From: a virus
Length of the DNA stretch: 64,000 bases
IMG/VR virus record: IMGVR_UViG_3300050821_020196
Span: 6,527 to 70,526 of that record
Strand: one strand, 5' to 3'
In this document: positions 51,921-61,802 of the stretch, in pieces
How positions within the stretch are numbered: the stretch's first letter is position 1
How the letters are laid out: every line of letters starts with the position of its first letter
The notes under the pieces: generated by a model
The model's database searches: none
What the model saw: the letters and a program-made list of their open reading frames with translations, nothing else
Told to the model about the DNA's origin: nothing
Translations under genes and position numbers: made by a program

Positions 51921-52901
51921 ATGAGCAGGATTAGTAGGGCGTTTGATGAGCCGCTAGAAAAGCCCCCCTATTGGCCGATTAGGGACTATTGCGAGGCCGT
52001 ATTAGGGAGGCGATTCGGCGGTTGGGGCAGAGTCTTCGCTCATTGCCCCTTCACTTCGCCGGTGGACGAGGGAGGAGGCAAAGCCTTTGTGATAGACGAG
52101 GCCTTCAACAACGCCACTTGCTTCGGACAGTGTGACAGGAAGACTTGGACCCCTTTTGACCTACATCGGGAGGTGTTTCAGTTCCCGAACTGGAAAGCCG
52201 CACTAGCGGACTTTAAGGCGCGGCTGGGGCATAATGTAGCCACAAATCCCTCTCCCCTGCCTGAACTAACTAGGAGGCCTCCTCCGGAGAGCAAAGCCGA
52301 CAGGGGACTAATAGCGAAGAAATTGGCGGAGCAGGCAAACATAACAGCGGTCAAGATAAGGAACATCGGGGAGGACGGAAGAGCAGAGAGAGAATTAGTG
52401 GCATTATGGGGAGAGGCGCGATTGGCGATCGCCCAGAGTTACCAGAGCGTGTTTGTCGGTGAAACCGCCAAACGGTGGCTGAGAAATGAGCGATTAGCGA
52501 GGCGAGTTCAATTCCTCTGCTGCTGGTCGATTAAGGAGGGGCATAACTGGGTGACCAATCGGACGGTGGAGGAGCCGATTATGCTAGACATAGAGTTTGA
52601 CGACGAACCGGAGCCGGACAACCAGTTGCGACTAATCTGGGCGCTACGGAAGAGTTGGAGGATGTGGAAGATACCGCTATTTAGCATCTGCTGGTCGGCT
52701 GGTAAGAGTTACCACGCGCTCTTTTATGTTAGAGGTTGTAGCGACAGTGACTTGGAGTTGTTAAGGGGAGGAGCGGCTAGGTTAGGAGCCTGCGAGGCCT
52801 CTATGAGGCCTCACCAATGGGTTAGGTTTCCGGGGGGCTGGCGACCGGGGAAGGGTAGGCAATCAGTGTTATACTTGAAGGGGGACTTGCTAGGAGGCTG
52901 A
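51921..52901 (+). CDS. Primase-like protein (Zn finger plus AEP/RepB-like domain)
   Basis: CPF...CFGQC; IEFDD, SAGKSYH, VRFPG. Confidence 0.75.
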   Translation: MSRISRAFDEPLEKPPYWPIRDYCEAVLGRRFGGWGRVFAHCPFTSPVDEGGGKAFVIDEAFNNATCFGQCDRKTWTPFDLHREVFQFPNWKAALADFKARLGHNVATNPSPLPELTRRPPPESKADRGLIAKKLAEQANITAVKIRNIGEDGRAERELVALWGEARLAIAQSYQSVFVGETAKRWLRNERLARRVQFLCCWSIKEGHNWVTNRTVEEPIMLDIEFDDEPEPDNQLRLIWALRKSWRMWKIPLFSICWSAGKSYHALFYVRGCSDSDLELLRGGAARLGACEASMRPHQWVRFPGGWRPGKGRQSVLYLKGDLLGG

Positions 52902-52979
52902 GAGTGTGTTAGATTAGCTGCGGCTATGACAGGCAACGACCAACTAACGAAAGGAACTAGTAAACGATGAAGGAGAACT

Positions 52980-54203
52980 ATGAAAGATGGAAAAAGTGGA
53001 GCGCCGGGGGCTATACCCGACGCCCACGACAATGAAGGCAACTATGACGGCCCCAATGTACCATACAAAAAAGCGTCTGTCAAGTTAGGCCGAAGGGAGG
53101 CCTCCTCAGGGGGTCTTAACAGCCACTCGGACTCGTTCCGAGTAGTAGGGGAAGTGTTAGCAAGCGAGAAGCAACTAGCGGAACAGTTTCGCCAGGAATT
53201 CGGCGCTAGGCACCCGAGCGAGATGGAGGACGAGATGCCTGAGCAGGCTCTGGAAGGCTTGCTCTACCGGCAGCAAGTAATGATGATTAGCGGGGGAGCC
53301 AAGCGTTATAAGTCCTGGGTGCTGGCTCAACTAATTGTGTGCGTGGCGACAGGGGCAGACTTCCTAGGCTTCCCGGTAAATAAAGGCAAAGCGCTATACA
53401 TTAATCTTGAACTGTTTGAAGCTGAAGCGAAGAACCGGCTGAGGCTAATTAGCAAGGCGATGGGTTTCGCTAAGATACCGGAAAATAACATCGATGTGGT
53501 TAGTTTCAAGGGTAAGAAACTAACAACCGCCAAGTTGATGAAATACGCAGAGGGAATGCGAGCCGCTGGCTATGTGCTAGTCGTGGTTGACCCCATCTAT
53601 AAACCTTACATAGGAAGGGATGAGAACTCCATAGAGGGCGTGTCGGGTATCTTACACGAGTTTGAAGTGCTAGCGATGGCTATCAACGCATCGGCTGTCT
53701 TTGCTCATCACTTCTCCAAGGGGCCACAAGCCTATAAGGAAGCGATGGACCGAGCGTCAGGGAGTGGCGGGTTCAGCCGTAGTCCTGACACACTGCTAGC
53801 ACTAACCAAGAACGAGGCGGAGAAGGGAATAACCGTGGAAATAGACTTACGCAGTTTCCCGCCGATTAAGCCATTCGGCATCAGGCATAGGTTCCCTATC
53901 TTTGAGCGGGACGACACCATAGACCCTGCGAAGGTAGTGGACCGGGAGAAGAAGCCACGAAAGCACCCTGACGAGTTAATGTTGATACCGCTGAGGGTAA
54001 AGCCGGAAGGCCTACGCTATACCGAGTGGTTTAAGGCTATCAACGGCGGGAAGAAAGTCATCTCCGATTCACAGTTTGAGCGTCGAGTGAAAGAATTGAA
54101 GCAAGAGAAGAAAGTCGTCGTTGGGATTAACAAGTGTTACAAAGAGGCGGAGGCGGTGGAAGTCGCACAGTTTGTTGAGGGTCTTGGGGGTGACCAGTCG
54201 TGA
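52980..54203 (+). CDS. AAA_25/RepA-like replicative helicase
   Basis: GGAKRYKS, YINLE, VVVDPIYK..DEN, HHFSKG, DRASGSG. Confidence 0.9.
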   Translation: MKDGKSGAPGAIPDAHDNEGNYDGPNVPYKKASVKLGRREASSGGLNSHSDSFRVVGEVLASEKQLAEQFRQEFGARHPSEMEDEMPEQALEGLLYRQQVMMISGGAKRYKSWVLAQLIVCVATGADFLGFPVNKGKALYINLELFEAEAKNRLRLISKAMGFAKIPENNIDVVSFKGKKLTTAKLMKYAEGMRAAGYVLVVVDPIYKPYIGRDENSIEGVSGILHEFEVLAMAINASAVFAHHFSKGPQAYKEAMDRASGSGGFSRSPDTLLALTKNEAEKGITVEIDLRSFPPIKPFGIRHRFPIFERDDTIDPAKVVDREKKPRKHPDELMLIPLRVKPEGLRYTEWFKAINGGKKVISDSQFERRVKELKQEKKVVVGINKCYKEAEAVEVAQFVEGLGGDQS

Positions 54204-54240
54204 TACGTATTATTAAGAAAGCGAAATACGTGGCACGATT

Positions 54241-54366
54241 CACCCCCAGCACCCCCAGCACCCCCAGAGAACCCCCAGGGGGTCCACTAAGTAAACTAAG
54301 CGCTGCTGGGGTGGGGGGTGAAACTTCCGTTCACCCCCAGCACCCCCAACGCCTTAGAGGGGGTGG
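54241..54366. repeat. CACCCCCAG iteron cluster, candidate replication origin
   Basis: Direct copies at 54241, 54250, 54259, 54332; variants at 54270, 54341; inverted GGGGGTG copies; directly after the helicase. Confidence 0.7.
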
Positions 54367-54393
54367 TGGTAAAGAGGGTAGACGGAGACAGTT

Positions 54394-54808
54394 TATGATA
54401 AAGAAAAGCAGAAGACAACAAGCAACGGTTCCCGACAACTGCCACATCTGGGGCAATGACGAGGAGGAAGCCGCACGGCCAGTGGAGAAGCAACTAGACC
54501 CCAAGGTGAGGGAGGCACTAGGGGTAATGGCGGATAAGGTAAGGGGTAGGGCCAGGGAGCGAACCGATGAGTTAAAGGAGGAACTGGCAGGGATAATAGG
54601 GGTATTTATGGAAGATTACCCTAATTGCAGCCGACACGATTACTTGCGGGGACTGGGGACCAGTTGGGACGGACTGCTGAGTAAACTGTGTGAGGCTCTT
54701 TATCAGCACATCGGTGATGTTGATGTGGAGCGCTCAGCCAGAAACCTAAGCGATAAGATACTGGCCTTGGAGAAGCCGGTGCGCATCAAGCGTCAAGGGA
54801 GAGATTAG
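54394..54808 (+). CDS. Hypothetical protein
   Basis: C-terminal part of the 54200-54808 ORF, from ATG 54394 with GGAG upstream. Confidence 0.5.
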
Positions 54809-55114
54809 TGGCGTGGCGCAAACTGCGGGGGAGACAGGAAGGACCCGAGCAGCGACTTGCGGGAATAAAGGGTCCTGCCCCGCATTGGGCTACGAATCAC
54901 GCTGCGACGCGGCCACTGCTCTGGCCTATTCCGTAACCAAAAAGCGAATTATGAAGAAACGAGATAAGAGGAAGCGGGAGCACGGCACGCACCCAGAGAC
55001 GGCTCGCCGTCGAAAGGCCAGAAGCGAGAGGTGGAGGAAGGCTCTGGCCCCTGAGCCTGAAAGAGAGGACAAGCCATAAAACTATTAATGTAGCACCGGT
55101 CTAACATAAATATT

Positions 55115-55633
55115 ATGAAACCACAAGCACGCGAGATTGAAGAGTTCAGACGCAGCCTGCTATCGGCGGAGTCGTTTCGCGCCTTAGCGAATGATGAATG
55201 GCCTCCTGACCTACGGAAGGCTCTTAATAATAGCGAGGCTTCGGGGCTGGATGTTGATAAATATATAACGATGGTTCGCATCGTCGCGATGAATAGATTT
55301 CTGCTGAACCATAGCAGCATCGCCTTTCTAGTCCATACTAATGTCGGCTCTCACGGGAAGGAGAGTCTCGTCCATCCGATTAAACCCTTGGTCGACAAGA
55401 CCATATACCAGCGCGGTCAGTCAATGACCGGGGTCAACTTTGACCTAGCAGCCGTGCGGCTGCACCCTGAGAGCGGAGACTACCTGCTGGTCTGTTCATA
55501 TAGAGAGGACATTAACCTGATTGAAGCCGCTCCTGCTGAGCCTTGGTTGGGAGGCGAAATAAGGGAGCCAGGCACTCCTGAGGGCTTCGTGCGGCTGGCG
55601 CTGGCCCTTTGCGAGATAGATGCTGCCGGTTAG
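55115..55633 (+). CDS. Hypothetical protein
   Basis: 172-aa ORF downstream of the cos-like site. Confidence 0.6.
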   Translation: MKPQAREIEEFRRSLLSAESFRALANDEWPPDLRKALNNSEASGLDVDKYITMVRIVAMNRFLLNHSSIAFLVHTNVGSHGKESLVHPIKPLVDKTIYQRGQSMTGVNFDLAAVRLHPESGDYLLVCSYREDINLIEAAPAEPWLGGEIREPGTPEGFVRLALALCEIDAAG

Positions 55634-55742
55634 GGCTTTCCGAGGGGGAGGGCCAAGAGGAGAGCAGGCCTCTTGGCCCCAAGCAGGAACTAACTGTTTA
55701 ACAGCGAAAGAGTCAGCTTATGAGTTTGACTCACCCACACTT

Positions 55743-55816
55743 TAACATTGGCCTAGCCTTTTGTCAAGGGTCCGTGGAAGCGCAGGCTTGACAAAAGGCT
55801 AGGCCAATGTTAGATT
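55743..55816. promoter_or_regulatory. Perfect 26-bp inverted repeat forming back-to-back sigma70-type promoters
   Basis: Arms 55743-55768 and 55787-55812; TTGACA-17-TAGATT (+) and TTGACA-17-TAAAGT (-). Confidence 0.75.
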
Positions 55817-55952
55817 GTGGGTTGCCACTCTCTGTTAAGTAACTGGTGGCGTTCCTTCTTGGGAGGAGGGGCGCTGCCGGTAAGAGAGACCGGGGAGGGG
55901 GCAGAGCAGGAATAGAAGACTAACATTAAACATATGAAAGACGATTGCGCTT

Positions 55953-57140
55953 ATGAGAAAGCAGACAGTTAGGAGAACGGAAAGCGGCTGGCAAGAGTTC
56001 GCCCAACAGCAGCAGCAGGAGAACGGAGTCCAAGCCGGTCAGCGACCGCGAGTGGGCCAGAGAGCAGACAATGGCGCTCCGCGTTATACTAATGCGGATA
56101 TGGTAGTGCTAGGCAATTCCTTTGACACTAATAGCATCATCGAGGCGATTCAGCGCTGGATACCGCCAGCGCACTGGTTTATGGACCAGTTCTTCCCCTT
56201 CGACCGGATTAGTGACAGTGACCTAATAACCCTGGATTATTATAAACAGGGGCGGTTAGTCGGGGGTCACATCCATCCGGCTAAGAGAGGGTTGGCCAGA
56301 CCGCGAAAGCCCTATTTCACCAGCACCTACTCGCCTCCTCCCATCAAACTGGTTAGGGACTTGGATGCCCAGAGCCTCGCGAAAAGACGGATAGGCCGTA
56401 ATGCCTTTGAGGGCTCCCCCGATGACGGGGCTATTCTGGCCGAAGATACCACGGAACTGCTCAACGAAATCATTAATGCCCACGAACTAATGTGTGCTCA
56501 GTTAATGATGACCGGCCAACTAATTATTGAGGACTGGGACGATAGAACAGTCATTGATACTATAACCCTGCCGGGAGTGCCTAATAGCGTGGTGGTAGCA
56601 GACGCGGATAAATGGGACAGGCCTAACAGCCCTTCGCCCTTCCTGCTCATCAAGGCTCTTCAAAGAATGATTAGCGGCTCGATGGGCGACTCCGCCGACA
56701 TTATCTGTATGGGGAGCGCAGCGGCTGATGCTTTTGAAGAACATCCGGAAGTCAAGGCAGCCTATAATTTGCTATTTTTCCGCCAAGGGATGCTTCGAGC
56801 TACTGAGACGGAGAATACGGCGGTTTACTCGCTAGGGGACTACCGGGGGGTTCCTATTTATGTCAACGAGCAGAGTTATCTGGACCGGGACGGTAACACC
56901 AAGCCGTTTTTCCCGCCGGACACGCTGCTGGTGGCTAGCCGCAAGCAGTTTGGACTAATGGCCTTCGCCGCTTGTTATCAGACGGAGCCCGAGACTAATA
57001 GTGTAGAAGCGATTGCTGCGAAGTATGCGCCACAATACTGGCTCGACCACGGAGCCGACTGTCGCCGCTTCCGACTTCAATCAAGGGGTTTACCCTGCCT
57101 TCACGATGCTGAGTCGTTTGTCGTCGCCAAAGTGGTTTAG
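55953..57140 (+). CDS. Major capsid protein E family (satellite)
   Basis: DTNSIIEAI..FMDQFFP..RRIG; aligns by eye with the prophage capsid. Confidence 0.9.
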   Translation: MRKQTVRRTESGWQEFAQQQQQENGVQAGQRPRVGQRADNGAPRYTNADMVVLGNSFDTNSIIEAIQRWIPPAHWFMDQFFPFDRISDSDLITLDYYKQGRLVGGHIHPAKRGLARPRKPYFTSTYSPPPIKLVRDLDAQSLAKRRIGRNAFEGSPDDGAILAEDTTELLNEIINAHELMCAQLMMTGQLIIEDWDDRTVIDTITLPGVPNSVVVADADKWDRPNSPSPFLLIKALQRMISGSMGDSADIICMGSAAADAFEEHPEVKAAYNLLFFRQGMLRATETENTAVYSLGDYRGVPIYVNEQSYLDRDGNTKPFFPPDTLLVASRKQFGLMAFAACYQTEPETNSVEAIAAKYAPQYWLDHGADCRRFRLQSRGLPCLHDAESFVVAKVV

Positions 57141-57170
57141 GAGCAGAACTAACAACAATAGAGAAAGGTA

Positions 57171-57635
57171 ATGTTTATTATGAGTGTTACACCGAGGAAC
57201 GCGGAGAACCCGCAAGCGCGGATGTGGACCGGCTGGCAAGGCGCAGCCGCTAGTCCTACCCCTGACCAAGACATCTGGGGAGCGCAGATAGTAGGGAAAG
57301 TCATCAAATCGGCCACAGTTAGCCAGGACATTGAAGGGGTGATGCCGCGAGGCTCTATCCTGACGGTAGACCCCGCTAGCAGCAAGTGCGTCTTAGCGAC
57401 TGACGCCGCTGACCCTAACCTAGTAGGGGTGCTGGTCCACGACCTAGTGTTTACCGCTGACGAAACTGGCAATAACATTATTGACCAGACGGGGGCTATT
57501 GCTAAAAGTGGCGTCTTCCGGATGGACGCGCTAGTCTGTGGCGCTCCTGCTACGGTCCCGCAGTTTGAAGCGCCTCTTAGGATAAAAGGCATTTACTGCG
57601 AGGGCGCCTCCATTTACCCAGCGACCGGACCATAG
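57171..57635 (+). CDS. Head decoration protein (satellite)
   Basis: MPRGSIL, VGVL, SGVFRMDAL, LRIKGIY. Confidence 0.8.
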   Translation: MFIMSVTPRNAENPQARMWTGWQGAAASPTPDQDIWGAQIVGKVIKSATVSQDIEGVMPRGSILTVDPASSKCVLATDAADPNLVGVLVHDLVFTADETGNNIIDQTGAIAKSGVFRMDALVCGAPATVPQFEAPLRIKGIYCEGASIYPATGP

Positions 57636-57646
57636 GAGGAACGATT

Positions 57647-57985
57647 ATGGACCTTGAAGAATTAGAGCGCTATAACTCGGACTTAGTGGCGGAGATTAGG
57701 GCTGATGCTGCCCTAGCGGAGCGCGAGCGTCAACAGCAGTTAGATGAGATGTTAGCCCCCGGCTGCGAGGCGATTATTGCCAAGGCGCGGAAAGACCCCT
57801 CGGTTAGCCCAGAGTCAATCGCCTTGGACTGCTTGAAGGCTTTTCAGGCGACCAGCGACTCTGACCAGCGGCTTAATGCGCTTAAACGCGATGCTGCTAG
57901 CGCCAGCAAACCGCCAGCCGGTGACGCTCCCCGATGGAAAGCCATTGTGGCTCAGGCTAACGCGAACGGTCGTCGCAGCAGATAG
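57647..57985 (+). CDS. Stand-alone capsid scaffold-like protein
   Basis: ERER..APGCEAIIAKARKD..IALDCLKA matches the C-terminus of the prophage ClpP-scaffold. Confidence 0.75.
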   Translation: MDLEELERYNSDLVAEIRADAALAERERQQQLDEMLAPGCEAIIAKARKDPSVSPESIALDCLKAFQATSDSDQRLNALKRDAASASKPPAGDAPRWKAIVAQANANGRRSR

Positions 57986-57992
57986 GAGTTTT

Positions 57993-58289
57993 ATGCCTTA
58001 TAAAGTGATTAAGGCCTTCTGGACCGGGAGCCGCATAGTAAGAGCGGGGGTTCTCTTGGAAGAGCCTCCGGAGGATGAAGCCTTTGGGGACTGCGTTCAG
58101 GAAATAGGCGAGCCGGAGGCCAGCGCGGAGGAAGCCGGGGTCGGCCTCTCTGAGGCGGAGGCTGAACCGGAGCCGGAAGAACCGGCTCCTGTGGCCAAGA
58201 CTTGGCAAAAACCCTCGCCTAAGCCTTCGTTCAAGCCAGCGGCTATCGGGAGCGTCTCCAAGCACAAGCACAAGTTAAGGGCCAGATGA
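57993..58289 (+). CDS. Small acidic/Pro-rich head-associated protein
   Basis: GGAG RBS and ATG 57993 (MPYKVIKAFW); follows the capsid cluster. Confidence 0.55.
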   Translation: MPYKVIKAFWTGSRIVRAGVLLEEPPEDEAFGDCVQEIGEPEASAEEAGVGLSEAEAEPEPEEPAPVAKTWQKPSPKPSFKPAAIGSVSKHKHKLRAR

Positions 58290-58892
58290 GCGATTGCGCT
58301 GTATATGCCGGGTGTGATGACGCACTAAGTTGGCCGTATGGCTTAGTGCGTAGGTATCAAGAGGGCTGCTCTGAGCCGCTGACCCCAGCCACGAGGAGGG
58401 GTCGTCGTAATGTCCGTCTGCCTTCCGGTTGCGCTTTGGGGGGTCAGCCGGTAGGGTCAGACCCTTCGGACAGCAGAGGCGTTCTTCTTGGCTCCTTCTT
58501 GGGGGTCGGCTGGCGGATACAGCATAGAGCGTGCCACACACAAGTTGGTGCGGCGCATTACTAACATTCGAAAAGCGTGTTAGGTATTAAAGCAATGGCC
58601 TACCGGCGAGGGCGAAGCAAATACAAGCGCTCCAAGCGCCCACGCCAGCCGCAGCACGCGTGGAAGGCTGCGAAGGAGAGCCGGATGCCCCGCGTAAGGA
58701 ACGGCCAGCCGCTAGAAAAGCAGAACCTATTCTATGTCTAGAATAACCATTAACACCAGTTAATAAATATGAACAAAAAAACCCAAACTAACCTGCCGGT
58801 TAAACTCGCTAAGCCTAACATCAAGGAACTGGAAAGGATGCGGAGGGAGGCTCCCTTACCAAGCAAGAAAAAATGACGCCTACCCAGATGTT

Positions 58893-59159
58893 ATGAACGA
58901 GATAATAGGCAGGTTAACGCCAGTTATCGAAGCGACGGTTGACGAAGGCCTAGTCATCCACGACGCGGCTATTCGGGGAGTCCTCCGCCTGAGAGCGCTA
59001 GGAGGCGACCGCTATGAAGTCGACCTAACGGGCTGCTTGCTCCTTCCGTTGAGCGCAGAGCAGCGCTATGTCGAGCACCCAGCGGCTAGGCCTGGGAGTC
59101 AGCCGGTCTTCCTTGCTGCGCAGCCGGTCCCGGTTAAGCCGCTTGCTGTGAAGGCTTAA
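58893..59159 (+). CDS. Hypothetical protein
   Basis: 88-aa ORF. Confidence 0.45.
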   Translation: MNEIIGRLTPVIEATVDEGLVIHDAAIRGVLRLRALGGDRYEVDLTGCLLLPLSAEQRYVEHPAARPGSQPVFLAAQPVPVKPLAVKA

Positions 59160-59255
59160 CATCAGCTTAAGGCTAAGGCTTGCTCCCAAGTCATCGGTCG
59201 GGTAAAGCCCTGACCGATTTCATTATACTAACCAACCCTAACTAGCGAGCAATCC

Positions 59256-59504
59256 TTACAGTTCGACATCAGGATAGCCATCGCTAACAAAGTGGTGCCT
59301 ATAGTGCGCAATACAGATACGCTTCGCCTCCTCTAAAGAGGAGCAACCGTCTGAAATTCCAAGACCAGACATGCTGCTAACTGGCCAATACTGGCCACCA
59401 TTTTCAGAAATTGTGTACTCATACTCTTCAGAGAACTTCCACGTCCACGCCTTCTGGTATTTCCCATCTCGCCAGCCAAACGAGTCTTGCCAATCAACTT
59501 TCAT
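59256..59504 (-). CDS. Hypothetical protein
   Basis: SLEEAKRIC..H motif, common in small phage proteins. Confidence 0.5.
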   Translation of the reverse strand: MKVDWQDSFGWRDGKYQKAWTWKFSEEYEYTISENGGQYWPVSSMSGLGISDGCSSLEEAKRICIAHYRHHFVSDGYPDVEL

Positions 59505-59544
59505 TTCTTCGATCCAAGCAATTCGTTACCCCACACCTCGGTTT

Positions 59545-60519
59545 TCAGAGGTCTTCCGTCGGAGGAAACAGCTGGGACTGTTCCGCCCTATGACCTGGAA
59601 TAAACTCCAAGACTTCTTTGACCTTATAATGCGTTACATATTCCCCCTTGGAATTTTTGCGTTCAATCATTTCAAGTCTTACTTTGTAGGTGTCGCCAAC
59701 AGACACCCCTCCACGGGCCATAACATCCGCAGCGATGGTACTCTCTCCTATGTCAATAATTTCTACCCTGTTGTTAAATTTAAACTTCCATTTTTTAGGC
59801 TTTGTAGCCAGTGTGCAATTGTGAACAACGATGTGCGCGGTGACAATTTGTGGCTCTACGGTGTCTGTGTCGGTAGTGGATACACGCAATGCCCTTGCGC
59901 TCGCAGCGTCTATCGTTAACTGACGTTTGTTCTCATAAATAAAAGACTGCTCGGTTATTCCATAGGATTCCGATACAGGATTCGTCATTGTCTTTACACT
60001 CTCGATTACTTTGGGATCTTTCGAAAGCTTGTATACCGGTTCCGGGATATTCATGTTGATGATGGTAGTGTTGTTATCACCCTTAACACGAACGTTAACC
60101 GTGGGGCCGTTAACACTAGTTTTAGTCTCGGCTGATTCCTCTTTGCGATTTCCTTTCCACCAAAGGTATGGGATAAGGCCTCCGCCAATCGTTTTAATAA
60201 ATCCAAGAAATTCTAGGATGTGTTTGGCGTTTTCTACATTTAGTTGCGGGAGCAAAGCGGCGGCGGCATCCCATGCCATTTGAACCACCGATAGTTGCAG
60301 CGTCACGCAACTAGCGTCTACATCCGCGCTCAAGAGAACCGTTACTTGCGCCTTTTCGCCATTCAAGACAAAGTTCGCTTGCTTGCAGAGTTCTCCAAAA
60401 GCAAGCAAAGAAGGAGCCAAAAGCGTCACGTCCATTTGATGGGACTTCAACTCTGGGCCATCAAATTTTATCATTAACACCGATTCAACCGCTTTGGCAT
60501 GCTCGGGAAGGGGAGCCAT
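59545..60519 (-). CDS. Accessory protein of unknown function
   Basis: 324-aa AT-richer ORF next to the integrase; DGP...HQMDV..LAPSLLA.GEL. Confidence 0.8.
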   Translation of the reverse strand: MAPLPEHAKAVESVLMIKFDGPELKSHQMDVTLLAPSLLAFGELCKQANFVLNGEKAQVTVLLSADVDASCVTLQLSVVQMAWDAAAALLPQLNVENAKHILEFLGFIKTIGGGLIPYLWWKGNRKEESAETKTSVNGPTVNVRVKGDNNTTIINMNIPEPVYKLSKDPKVIESVKTMTNPVSESYGITEQSFIYENKRQLTIDAASARALRVSTTDTDTVEPQIVTAHIVVHNCTLATKPKKWKFKFNNRVEIIDIGESTIAADVMARGGVSVGDTYKVRLEMIERKNSKGEYVTHYKVKEVLEFIPGHRAEQSQLFPPTEDL

Positions 60520-60593
60520 CTCACAGGATTTATGACTTTTGAAAACCTCATGTCAACCAAAATTGAGCTTGATGTGGCGAATGTTGGTTTCAT

Positions 60594-61802
60594 CTAGGTT
60601 AAGGGCAGACAAGGCGGGGTCTTTTGCTCGGCTGGCGAGAGCGGAGGCGGATAAATAGCCCAATAGTGTTCCGCTTCAGAGTACGGCGTGCCACCGACAT
60701 AATGCTTGAAGCTGACCACTGTGGAGGTATGGCCCAAGATGAGGGCCAATTGATCCAGGCGCTGGTGATAGTTAACCCAGTTAGTCGCAAAGCTATGGCG
60801 CAAAGCATTCTGTGGGTATTTCAGCTGATGCGGAGCTGTCGCTGCTGCCCAATTAGCCTCGCGGGCGGATCGCAGGGTCTGAGGGGTAAAAGGTACTAAT
60901 TGTCCCGATCGATGAGGCTGGCAGCGTTCTAACCAAGCGAGGGCATTATCGCTAATCGGCGGAAAACGCTTAACACCGGTTTTGCTAATAGCTGCCGGTA
61001 CGATGATCTCCTTTCGGTCCAGATTGAGGTGATCCCAAGATAGCCTCTTCATCTCGGCTATGCGAATGCCGGTAAAGAAGCCGACCGTGAGAATTGGGAG
61101 AAGCTCGAGCCGATGATTAAGCGCGTCTAATAGCATCGCTTCCACCACAGGGTTCGAGATAATCTCAGGCTCCTTGGAGCGGCGATGGCGGAATTCGAGG
61201 CGAAGCGCAGGATTAGCCTTCAGCCAACCTTTCTTGGCTAGGCCCCAATTTAGGACCGCTCGTAGGTAGCGCAAATCAGCATTATATTGAGCGTCTGGGA
61301 GGGGTTGTAAGACGACTGCGCAATCCTCAGCAGTTAAGTCACAAGCGGCTTTGCGCAGCAGGCCTGCAGCTTCGAAGCGACGCTTGCAGTAGGTTATTTT
61401 CAGCAGATAATCGTCCGTCTTGTGATCTCGCGCTTGGATGTACTCCTCAAAAAGTCGCCCGAGCGGAACGCTTGAGGATCGATCGCGCACGGCAGCGATG
61501 TATTGTTCAATGATGCTGAGGGGCGAGGTTTTGATCCCGGCTTCGCGGAGGAGTTCCAAGGCGGTATCCGCCTCGGCCATTTCATGCGGCGTGAGGGCAT
61601 TGAGACCTCGGCCATGCCAGTGAATCCGCTTCTTCATTTGCTTGGAAGCTTTCAAGGCCTCCTCGCGGCTGGCGAAGATCAGTCGAGAGCGCTTCCCGGT
61701 CTTACTGACCGCAGGCGGAATATTCAAGATCCAGCGCTGGCGCTTGGCGTCGAAGTGCGGCGAAAGATTAAATCGGAAGCTCATTGGTTTTTTCTTTGAC
61801 AA
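60594..61802 (-). CDS. Tyrosine integrase of the satellite
   Basis: GIRIAE, SKTG, LRHSFAT, LGH...HY. Confidence 0.93.
   Translation of the reverse strand: MSKKKPMSFRFNLSPHFDAKRQRWILNIPPAVSKTGKRSRLIFASREEALKASKQMKKRIHWHGRGLNALTPHEMAEADTALELLREAGIKTSPLSIIEQYIAAVRDRSSSVPLGRLFEEYIQARDHKTDDYLLKITYCKRRFEAAGLLRKAACDLTAEDCAVVLQPLPDAQYNADLRYLRAVLNWGLAKKGWLKANPALRLEFRHRRSKEPEIISNPVVEAMLLDALNHRLELLPILTVGFFTGIRIAEMKRLSWDHLNLDRKEIIVPAAISKTGVKRFPPISDNALAWLERCQPHRSGQLVPFTPQTLRSAREANWAAATAPHQLKYPQNALRHSFATNWVNYHQRLDQLALILGHTSTVVSFKHYVGGTPYSEAEHYWAIYPPPLSPAEQKTPPCLPLT

Noticed and set aside
54200-54393. PSTPSTP-containing N-terminus of the 202-aa ORF
   Set aside because: It is a translation of the iteron array; a better start exists at 54394
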